64,000 nt of DNA from an uncultured Flavobacteriales bacterium. Lineage in GTDB: Bacteria; Bacteroidota; Bacteroidia; Flavobacteriales; Schleiferiaceae. The stretch spans positions 25,400 to 89,399 of the forward strand of contig CATMQD010000001.1 in NCBI GenBank assembly GCA_950073045.1, given 5' to 3'. The position numbers and the translations under genes are program-made. This document shows, one piece after another, positions 56,296 through 64,000 of the stretch (its first letter is position 1; each line of letters starts with the position of its first letter). Under the pieces are notes generated by a model that had not been told where the DNA came from, did not search any database, and saw only the letters and a program-made list of their open reading frames with translations.

Positions 56296-57825
56296 ATGAG
56301 TAATGCAAAAGTACGTGTAAGGTTTGCACCAAGTCCAACCGGTCCACTACATATGGGTGGGGTTAGAACTGCTCTATATAACTACCTTTTCGCAAAACAG
56401 CAAGGTGGTGATTTTATTTTAAGAATAGAAGATACTGATCAGACCAGATTTGTTGCCGGCGCGGAAGATTATATTATCGAATCCTTAAAATGGTGTGGCA
56501 TCCAACCAGATGAAGGTCAAGGTTTTGGTGGTGACCTCGGTCCTTACCGTCAAAGCGAGCGCAAACATCTTTACCGTAAATATGCTGATGACCTCATAGA
56601 GAATGGTTATGCTTACTATGCCTTTGACACTGCCGAAGATCTAGATCGTGTACGTCAAATGGCTAAAGATGCTGGTTCGCCAAACTGGCAATACAACCAT
56701 GTTACTCGTAATAGCATGAAGAACTCTTTAAACCTTTCCCAAAGTGAGGTACAAAAGAGACTAGATGCCGGCGAACCATATGTTATTCGCATTAAGCTTA
56801 ATCGCAATGAAGAGGTGAAATTCGAGGATATTGTACGCGGCTGGGTAAGTGTTAATACCAATAATATGGACGATAAGGTACTCTTTAAATCCGATGGCAT
56901 GCCTACTTATCACCTAGCCAACATTGTAGATGATCATCTAATGAAAATTACCCATGTAATTCGTGGTGAAGAGTGGTTGCCCTCTGCCCCATTGCATGTG
57001 CTACTTTATCGTTATTTGGGTTGGGAAGATAAAATGCCACAATTTGCACACCTTCCTCTATTATTAAAGCCCGATGGTAATGGTAAACTAAGCAAACGAG
57101 ATGGTGATCGTTTAGGATTCCCCGTATTTCCTTTAGAATGGAATAATCCTGAAACGGGTGATGTGTTTTCTGGCTACCGGGAAAACGGATACTTCCCAGA
57201 GGCCTTTGTAAACATGTTGGCTTTCCTAGGTTGGAATCCTGGTACAGAACAAGAAATCTTTTCTCTAGAACAGCTAACCGAGGCATTCAGCCTGCAGAAA
57301 GTAAATAAAGCTGGTGCTCGCTACGATCACGATAAAACCCGTTGGTTTAATCAGCAGTATCTGCGTTCCAAAACTGATCAAGAATTAGGTACTCTTTTTA
57401 AAGATCTGCTTAGTGATAAAGGCCTAAATGTTTCTCAAGAGAAAGCAGAAGCCATTGCGGCTTTGATGAAAGAACGTGCCTATTTCATTATGGATCTTTA
57501 TAAAGAATCTAGTTTCTTCTTCGAGCGTCCATCTACTTATGATGAAAAAACTACCCGTAAGAAATGGAATGAAGATGCTAAAAATCATGTGGTTCAATTA
57601 AAAGGCATCTTCTCACAAATAGATGAATTTAAGGCCACGAAAATTGATGAGGCCTTCAAATCTTATCTCAATGACAATGAATTAGGATTTGGAAAGGTTG
57701 GTCCAGGATTTAGACTTGCCGTTACCGGTAAAGGTATGGGTCCTTCTATGTTTGAAATTTGTGCCATTCTCGGTAAGGATGAAACTATTGCTCGCATCGA
57801 CCTTGCTCTTGAAAAACTTCCATAA
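56296..57825 (+). CDS. gltX: Glutamate--tRNA ligase
   Basis: RFAPSPTGPLHMGG; RIEDTD; KLSKR. Confidence 0.98.
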   Translation: MSNAKVRVRFAPSPTGPLHMGGVRTALYNYLFAKQQGGDFILRIEDTDQTRFVAGAEDYIIESLKWCGIQPDEGQGFGGDLGPYRQSERKHLYRKYADDLIENGYAYYAFDTAEDLDRVRQMAKDAGSPNWQYNHVTRNSMKNSLNLSQSEVQKRLDAGEPYVIRIKLNRNEEVKFEDIVRGWVSVNTNNMDDKVLFKSDGMPTYHLANIVDDHLMKITHVIRGEEWLPSAPLHVLLYRYLGWEDKMPQFAHLPLLLKPDGNGKLSKRDGDRLGFPVFPLEWNNPETGDVFSGYRENGYFPEAFVNMLAFLGWNPGTEQEIFSLEQLTEAFSLQKVNKAGARYDHDKTRWFNQQYLRSKTDQELGTLFKDLLSDKGLNVSQEKAEAIAALMKERAYFIMDLYKESSFFFERPSTYDEKTTRKKWNEDAKNHVVQLKGIFSQIDEFKATKIDEAFKSYLNDNELGFGKVGPGFRLAVTGKGMGPSMFEICAILGKDETIARIDLALEKLP

Positions 57826-58199
57826 TGGATTGTATTTCGGTTGAGGGCATCAGGCTATTTGCCTATCATGGTTGCTTAGATGAAGAAGGTAAAATCGGCA
57901 CCGAATATCAAATCGATGTAGATGTTTGGGGTGATGTAAGTGCATCCTATCAAAGCGATGATCTTCATCACACTATGGACTATGTGAATATCAATCGCAT
58001 TGTGGAACAACATGTTTTGGTGCGTGCCAAATTGATAGAAACCGTGGCCTACCGAATAATGGTTGATTTGTTTAAAGAAATGCCTCTCGTTCAAAAGGCT
58101 CAAATTAAGCTCTCTAAAATGTCACCACCCATTAATGGGGATGTTCAAAGGGTGAGCATTCAATTAATGCGAGAGCGCAAGGATATTGCCTTACAATAA
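57825..58199 (+). CDS. folB: Dihydroneopterin aldolase
   Basis: FAYHGCLDEE; DYV; LIETVA; PPING. Confidence 0.95.
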   Translation: MDCISVEGIRLFAYHGCLDEEGKIGTEYQIDVDVWGDVSASYQSDDLHHTMDYVNINRIVEQHVLVRAKLIETVAYRIMVDLFKEMPLVQKAQIKLSKMSPPINGDVQRVSIQLMRERKDIALQ

Positions 58200-58203
58200 T
58201 TCA

Positions 58204-58211
58204 TATATTTG
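58204..58211 (+). promoter_or_regulatory. Bacteroidota -7 promoter element for tRNA-Cys
   Basis: TATATTTG matches TAnnTTTG, 12 nt before the tRNA. Confidence 0.7.
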
Positions 58212-58223
58212 CCGACCCTAAAT

Positions 58224-58297
58224 GGTTCCGTGGCCGAGTGGCTAGGCAGTGGTCTGCAAAACCACGTACAGCGGTTCGAATCCGCTCGGAACCTCCA
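58224..58297 (+). tRNA. tRNA-Cys (GCA)
   Basis: Acceptor stem GGTTCCG/CGGAACC; anticodon loop CTGCAAA; GGTTCGAATCC; U discriminator; encoded CCA. Confidence 0.97.
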
Positions 58298-58299
58298 CT

Positions 58300-58326
58300 A
58301 AATCCTAGCTTCGGCTGGGATTTTTT
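58300..58326 (+). terminator. Intrinsic terminator after tRNA-Cys
   Basis: AATCCTAGC-TTCG-GCTGGGATT plus a T run. Confidence 0.85.
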
Positions 58327-58414
58327 GTTTCTATAATCTTGGTCATCATTTTCAATTCCAATTGGTCGAAAGTAAAAAGTGATAAATGTTAGCTTTTTTC
58401 TAAAAACTTCCTTC

Positions 58415-58457
58415 TACTTTTGTCATCTATTTTTAATTGGTCTAAATAAGATAGATG
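58415..58457 (+). promoter_or_regulatory. -7 element plus imperfect palindrome (candidate metal-repressor operator) upstream of the FTR1 gene
   Basis: TACTTTTG at 58415-58422; CATCTAT-TTTTAATTGGTCTAAATAAG-ATAGATG at 58424-58457. Confidence 0.5.
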
Positions 58458-60374
58458 TTCCGATTTGTAAGATTGACAATGTTGTTGGGAGTGCTATCAA
58501 TGCTCTCTAAGCCCTTGATAGCCAATGATCAAAATGCAAGGATGATGGTCCATCTCCTGGATTATATAGCAGTGGATTATTCCATGGCTGTTAATCAGGG
58601 AGAAATAATAAGTAGCGCCGAATACTCAGAGATGCAGGAATTCGCAAGTACAATCAATTCCTTAGGAGTAAATGCACCGGCCACTGTGAAGTCGGATATT
58701 GAAGTCCTCAAACAGCTCATAGCTGAAAAAGCTTCCCAAGAAAAAGTAGCCTCCGTAGCTACTTCCATTAAGCAAAAGATTATATCTAGCTACAAACTAG
58801 AGATTGCACCCAAGCGTTGGCCCGATTTAAATAATGGCAGACAATTATATGCGCTACAATGCAAAAGCTGTCATGGCGAAAATGGCTTTGGCGATGGTTT
58901 ATTAAGTGCCGGCTTAGAACCAGCTCCTACCAATTTTCATTCTCCCGATAAAGCCAATGGACTATCCCCTTTTCAGGCTTACAACACTATTCGCTTGGGT
59001 GTAGAAAATACAGCCATGCGCGCTTTTGATGAACTTAGTGATGATGAAATCTGGGACCTCGCTTTCTATGTACTTTCTTTGCCTCATACCGCATCAGATG
59101 TAAACTTAGCCGATCAAGAAATTGGGATCAAAATAGACCTCGAAAAACTAGCTTCTCGCAGTAATGAAGAGTTTAGAGAAAGTTTACAAGGATTTTCTCA
59201 AAGTGAGGAACTAATCTCCGCCTTACGCCTCTATCCCAAAGAAATTGCTGAAAAAAGTCAGGGAGACTATTTACACCAAGCCATTGCATTATTAGAGCGT
59301 GCGAATAAAGCTTATAAAACAGGTGATAATTCTAAGGCACGCACCCTAGCTCTTACCGCCTATCTCGAAGGAGTAGAACCTGTTGAAGTACAATTACGTG
59401 CTAATGATGCTAGCTTTTCCGCTAAACTCGAAGGCCAATTAGCCAAGGTTCGTTCCGCCATTGAAGGTGGACAGAGCCCAGCAACAGTGGATCAGGAAAT
59501 CAGCGCTAGCATAGAGATGATAAATACTGCTAAAGGCAAACTACGCGACAAAACCTTTACTGCTTGGTTAGCCTTTTTACTTTCCTCGTCTATCATTCTT
59601 CGTGAAGGACTAGAGGCTTTTCTGGTAGTAATTACTATGCTTAGCATTATCCGTGCTATCAAAATTCCTAAGGCCAGCACCTATGTACATGCAGGTTGGA
59701 TTGGCGCTATAGCCAGTGGTGTTTTAATGTGGTTGGCCGCAGGGTCACTATTTAAATTTAGTGGCGCCCAACGCGAATTAATGGAAGGCTTTATTGCACT
59801 TTTTGCGGTTGTTGTACTCCTCTATTTAGGTTTCTGGATGCACAGCAAATCCGAGGCAGGTAAATGGCAGGCTTATGTAAAAGGAAAGATTCAAAAATTA
59901 GCACGCACCGAAAATATGATCGGACTAGCCTTCCTTTCCTTTATTGTAGTATTCCGTGAAGCTTTTGAATCGGTACTCTTTTTATCAGCTTTAAGCTTAG
60001 AAGTAGGCGATAGTCAACAGGCAGCATTTAGTGGTGGAATTGTTTTTGCCTTTGCCGCACTTATCGTGATAAGCGTCCTCATCATGAAATACTCCAAAAA
60101 ATTACCCATCGCTAAACTGTTTAAGTACTCGGCTATTATTATTTCTGCCCTAGCGGTAATTTTAACTGGTAAAGGTTTAAATGCCATCCAAGAAGCAGGT
60201 AGTATTTCTATTAGTGTAATGCCTTTCGACTTTAGATTGGAAGCGATCGGATTCTATCCTACCTGGGAAACCACCATTGGACAAGTCCTAATTTTAGGCC
60301 TTGTGATTGTACTCTGGAATGTGGCAAACCGTCCAGTATCAAGTCAAAAATCTACCGCGGTAAGTTCTACCTAA
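58455..60374 (+). CDS. Cytochrome c / FTR1 family iron permease fusion (PbrT/FetM-like)
   Basis: CKSCH heme motif; REGLE and REAFE motifs in a multi-TM C-terminal domain. Confidence 0.92.
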   Translation: MFRFVRLTMLLGVLSMLSKPLIANDQNARMMVHLLDYIAVDYSMAVNQGEIISSAEYSEMQEFASTINSLGVNAPATVKSDIEVLKQLIAEKASQEKVASVATSIKQKIISSYKLEIAPKRWPDLNNGRQLYALQCKSCHGENGFGDGLLSAGLEPAPTNFHSPDKANGLSPFQAYNTIRLGVENTAMRAFDELSDDEIWDLAFYVLSLPHTASDVNLADQEIGIKIDLEKLASRSNEEFRESLQGFSQSEELISALRLYPKEIAEKSQGDYLHQAIALLERANKAYKTGDNSKARTLALTAYLEGVEPVEVQLRANDASFSAKLEGQLAKVRSAIEGGQSPATVDQEISASIEMINTAKGKLRDKTFTAWLAFLLSSSIILREGLEAFLVVITMLSIIRAIKIPKASTYVHAGWIGAIASGVLMWLAAGSLFKFSGAQRELMEGFIALFAVVVLLYLGFWMHSKSEAGKWQAYVKGKIQKLARTENMIGLAFLSFIVVFREAFESVLFLSALSLEVGDSQQAAFSGGIVFAFAALIVISVLIMKYSKKLPIAKLFKYSAIIISALAVILTGKGLNAIQEAGSISISVMPFDFRLEAIGFYPTWETTIGQVLILGLVIVLWNVANRPVSSQKSTAVSST

Positions 60375-60416
60375 ATAAGAAGAAGGCGCTACATTCGTTG
60401 ACTAGAAAACTATTCA

Positions 60417-62018
60417 ATGAAAAAAATGCTCCTCCTAATAGCTCTGTTTGGAACACAGATTACATCTGCCCAGAGCGAAAAAAGACTAAGTTCTAAACTT
60501 GAAAAGGTTACGGTATATGAGCAAGGTGCCCGTTTCGAACGCAGTGCTAGTACCATGCTTAAAGCTGGCAGTCAAACCATAGTTTTCTATGGCCTTCCTA
60601 TTAATCTAGACCCGGGAAGTATTCAAATTGGAAGCAATCAGAAACTGGAATTACTGAGTATCCAAGCGGGTAACAGCATTGCAGAAAACCGAAATAAAAC
60701 GGAAGCTCAAAAGAAGCTTGAAGCTGATTTAGAAAAACAGCAATTAGAACGGGATAATATCGTTGCTCAGCAAGATGCTTATCGTTTAGAAGCACAATTT
60801 TTAAGCAACAATACCAAATTAGGAGGTGATCAAGGCTATAGCCTAGAAGAGCTTAAACAGATAAGCACCTACGCCCGCGAGCAAAAGCTAAAGAACCAAT
60901 TAGAGCAACAACAACTTGGAAGGCAATTGAATGCTGTGAATCTTAGGATTAACGAAATCAATCAAGAGCTGGCCCTTTTAAATCGCCGCCGAAGTTTGAT
61001 CTCTGGAGAAATAACCGTAAAACTGAATAGTCCTCAAAATCAAAATTGCCGCTTTAATCTTGTATATAGCAGTCAATCTAATGCCAGCTGGTCTAGCGAA
61101 TACAATTTAGATTTTACGGATTTAGATAAAGATTTAGGGCTCAAACATAAAGCAGCTATCTACCAAAGTTCCGGTGAAGATTGGAATAATGTGCAGCTCA
61201 TGCTAGTTACTGGATCACCACGACTAAACACGGTCATGCCCATTATTCAACCCCAGTACGTCAACTTTCTTTATCGTAATGGAAAGCAGAAGGTACAGAG
61301 AATGGCAACTAGAGAGATTACATCAACTGCTGGGCAAGCTTCGGGTGTAATCAGCAGTGATGAGGCTACTTATCGAGCGCTGGACTCAAAAAACTTTCAA
61401 GTTAACAATCAGCAAAACCGCATCGAATATCAAGCACCGCAAGCCTATAGCATAGCACACTCAAAATCAGAAAGTATTGTGCTTAGAGAAATAAAGTTAA
61501 AAGCCGAATACGAATATCAAGCTACTCCAGCTTTAGATCCTGCGGCTTATTTAATGGCGATAGTACAAGATTGGGAACAACATCGTCTATTAGCAGGAAA
61601 TGTAAGTATCTATAATCAAGGTCTTTTTATCGGAAGCTCCTATATAAACTTTGATGCCACATCAGATTCCTTAATGCTCTCCCTTGGCCAAGACCCAGGT
61701 ATTAAAATAAACTATGAACGCATCTTTGGTAAAAAGAGTAAATCCTTTTTAGGCAGCGATCGTATTGATGAGTATGAATATGAAATTAGTCTTAATAACC
61801 TAAAGAATAACGAGGTTCCCATCCGAATCTACGATCGAGTTCCCATCTCCCAAAATGATGATATCCGCATCAAGCATGAAATTGAGAATGGTGGAAAAAT
61901 TCGGGATCCCAAGACCGGGATCATCGAATGGGAAATGAATCTAGCCCCAAAGAAAGAGCAGAAAATTAAATTCTCCTACGAACTACGTTATCCAAAAGAT
62001 CAACAGGTAAACCATTAA
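60417..62018 (+). CDS. DUF4140/DUF4139 domain protein (MuiA-like)
   Basis: Signal peptide; VTVYEQGARFER; ASWSSEYNL; QSSGEDWNNV.L.L.T; DRVPISQ; GIIEW. Confidence 0.88.
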   Translation: MKKMLLLIALFGTQITSAQSEKRLSSKLEKVTVYEQGARFERSASTMLKAGSQTIVFYGLPINLDPGSIQIGSNQKLELLSIQAGNSIAENRNKTEAQKKLEADLEKQQLERDNIVAQQDAYRLEAQFLSNNTKLGGDQGYSLEELKQISTYAREQKLKNQLEQQQLGRQLNAVNLRINEINQELALLNRRRSLISGEITVKLNSPQNQNCRFNLVYSSQSNASWSSEYNLDFTDLDKDLGLKHKAAIYQSSGEDWNNVQLMLVTGSPRLNTVMPIIQPQYVNFLYRNGKQKVQRMATREITSTAGQASGVISSDEATYRALDSKNFQVNNQQNRIEYQAPQAYSIAHSKSESIVLREIKLKAEYEYQATPALDPAAYLMAIVQDWEQHRLLAGNVSIYNQGLFIGSSYINFDATSDSLMLSLGQDPGIKINYERIFGKKSKSFLGSDRIDEYEYEISLNNLKNNEVPIRIYDRVPISQNDDIRIKHEIENGGKIRDPKTGIIEWEMNLAPKKEQKIKFSYELRYPKDQQVNH

Positions 62019-62020
62019 TC

Positions 62021-62401
62021 CTATTTAGGATATTGGTTGTCACTGGCATGCTCTTCAATAGAATTGAATTCTACAAAACAGATATCCTCTAAAGCCTCCA
62101 AACGGTGCTTTACCATTGGATGAATTCGAATTAAAATTGGCGCGCTCACCAAGCGTTCCTCAGTATAATCTCCTTCAAGGTCCGTTGTCCATTCGACACG
62201 GACCTTTCCTTTTACCAGTAAAAGTTCTTCTGGATTCTTAGATTCAGATTTTCCCTCATGCCAATGATTTCCACTCAAATTACCTTTTTCTCGATAGGCT
62301 AGAATGCGGCCAGTACTATGTCCTAAGCCTTCAAACTTGTAGGTGGCATTTCCTTCCTTTTGTCCTAAAAGATCAAGCTCAATGAAGTCAATTGTATTCA
62401 T
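62021..62401 (-). CDS. Cupin-fold protein
   Basis: GNHWH...E...V.G and IHPMVKH.LEALED cupin motifs. Confidence 0.65.
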   Translation of the reverse strand: MNTIDFIELDLLGQKEGNATYKFEGLGHSTGRILAYREKGNLSGNHWHEGKSESKNPEELLLVKGKVRVEWTTDLEGDYTEERLVSAPILIRIHPMVKHRLEALEDICFVEFNSIEEHASDNQYPK

Positions 62402-62470
62402 GGCTCAAAAATCACTTTAATCACCTTTTTTTCCCAATTGAAAAGCTAATTTCGTTGCAAAATATTTTAC

Positions 62471-64000
62471 ATGAACCTCTCAGAAATCAACAGTATTTTA
62501 GAAGGCTTAGGTGTAGCTAAAGAAAACCCTGGTAGTTCTACCGGTCGCGAATTCTTCGGCAAGGGCCAAGCCATCGTTTCCTATACTCCCATTAATGGAG
62601 AAGCCCTAGGTAGCGTAACCGAAACTACTCGCGAAGAATACGATCAAGTAGTAGCTAAAAGTCAGGAAGCCTTTAAAGTTTGGCGTTCTTTTACCGCTCC
62701 TCAACGTGGCGAGATCGTTCGCCAATACGGTAATAAATTACGTGAAAACAAATATTTACTAGGTAAGCTGGTTTCCTTGGAAATGGGCAAATCACTTCAA
62801 GAAGGTTGGGGTGAAGTTCAAGAGATGATCGACATCTGTGACTTTGCAGTTGGTCTATCGCGTCAGCTTTACGGATTAACCATGCATTCCGAGCGTCCTA
62901 ATCACCGTATGTACGAGCAGTGGCATCCACTAGGAGCAGTAGGTATTATTTCTGCCTTTAACTTCCCTGTTGCTGTTTGGTGTTGGAACTCTGCCATCTC
63001 TTGGGTATGTGGCGATGTTACCATTTGGAAACCATCCGAGAAAGCTCCCCTTTGTGGTATCGCCTGTCAAAACATTTTTAATGAAGTTTTAGCCGAAAAC
63101 AATTTACCAGAAGGTATTTCCAATATCGTTAATGGTGGTGTAGAAGTTGGTGAATGGTTAACCAACGATAAAAACCTTCCTCTAATTTCTGCCACCGGAT
63201 CTATCCGCATGGGTAAAATTGTAGGTCAAACCGTGGCCGCTCGTTTAGGTAAAACCATTTTAGAATTAGGTGGTAACAATGCCATCATTATTACCGAAAA
63301 CGCCGATATCGAGTCTACCCTAGTAGGTGCTGTATTTGGTGCAGTAGGTACTGCCGGTCAGCGTTGTACCAGTACCCGTCGATTAATCATCCACGAAAGC
63401 ATTTACGATTCGGTAATCGAATCATTACAAAAAGCTTACGGACAAATTAAAATTGGCAACCCACTAGACATGAATAATCATGTGGGGCCTCTTACCGATA
63501 AATTAGCCGTTGAAAACTACAGCAATGCCCTTAAAGCCATTGTAGACCAAGGCGGTAAAATGATTGTAGAAGGTGGCGTTTTAGAAGGTGAAGAATATGC
63601 TAGTGGTTGTTATGTTAAACCATGTATCGCCGAAGTAGAAAATCACTACGAAATTGTACAGGATGAAACCTTTGCTCCTATACTTTACGTGATGAAATAC
63701 AAGACTTTAGATGAGGCCATTGCTCTACAAAATGGCGTTCCTCAAGGTCTTTCTTCTGCAATTATGACGACCAATATGCGCGAAAGTGAGCAATTCCTTT
63801 CTGCGGCAGGTAGCGATTGTGGTATTGCCAATGTAAACATCGGTACCAGTGGTGCTGAGATTGGTGGAGCCTTTGGTGGTGAGAAAGAAACTGGTGGTGG
63901 CCGCGAAAGTGGTTCTGATGCTTGGAAAGCTTATATGCGTCGCCAAACAACAACCATCAACTACTCTAAAGAATTACCTTTAGCTCAGGGTATTAAGTTC
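62471..64000 (+). CDS. amaB: ALDH7-family aldehyde dehydrogenase (piperideine-6-carboxylate dehydrogenase-like), 3' end truncated; absent from the ORF track
   Basis: Manual reading from ATG 62471: ISAFNFP, WKPSEK, TGS, ELGGNNA, GTAGQRCT, GGEKETGGGRESGSDAWKAYMRRQT. Confidence 0.9.
   Translation, partial: MNLSEINSILEGLGVAKENPGSSTGREFFGKGQAIVSYTPINGEALGSVTETTREEYDQVVAKSQEAFKVWRSFTAPQRGEIVRQYGNKLRENKYLLGKLVSLEMGKSLQEGWGEVQEMIDICDFAVGLSRQLYGLTMHSERPNHRMYEQWHPLGAVGIISAFNFPVAVWCWNSAISWVCGDVTIWKPSEKAPLCGIACQNIFNEVLAENNLPEGISNIVNGGVEVGEWLTNDKNLPLISATGSIRMGKIVGQTVAARLGKTILELGGNNAIIITENADIESTLVGAVFGAVGTAGQRCTSTRRLIIHESIYDSVIESLQKAYGQIKIGNPLDMNNHVGPLTDKLAVENYSNALKAIVDQGGKMIVEGGVLEGEEYASGCYVKPCIAEVENHYEIVQDETFAPILYVMKYKTLDEAIALQNGVPQGLSSAIMTTNMRESEQFLSAAGSDCGIANVNIGTSGAEIGGAFGGEKETGGGRESGSDAWKAYMRRQTTTINYSKELPLAQGIKF

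Noticed and set aside
44000-58000. oriC or dif site
   Set aside because: No TTATCCACA cluster, no sizeable intergenic region and no CATAA-N6-TTATG core found by eye

Overview
Chromosomal window from a Bacteroidota bacterium. Flavobacteriales-like placement is inferred from T9SS cargo, sprE, TAnnTTTG promoters and a split atp operon. Bases 1-26 kb are accessory and envelope genes: an ECF sigma operon with a dual-membrane-spanning anti-sigma-like protein carrying four copies of its N-terminal motif, tRNA-Asn followed by a HigB/HigA-ImmA toxin-antitoxin islet, an OmpA-family gene, a ~4375-aa T9SS adhesin, a LytTR regulator with a matching binding box, a beta-helix T9SS protein, and an unexplained triple C-rich-motif-plus-hairpin array. 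Bases 26-64 kb are mostly housekeeping: hslR, crotonase, a histidine kinase, atpBEFHAG, bactofilin/sprE/M23, rnhA, purN, acpP-fabF-rnc-pyk, pheS, pgk, holB, mnmG, ybeY, gltX, folB, tRNA-Cys, an FTR1-cytochrome c fusion and ALDH7. Two parS sites flank mnmG, and hand counts suggest a GC-skew reversal near 46.5 kb. No integrase, transposase, rRNA or CRISPR array was seen. All calls come from reading the sequence; no database searches were run.
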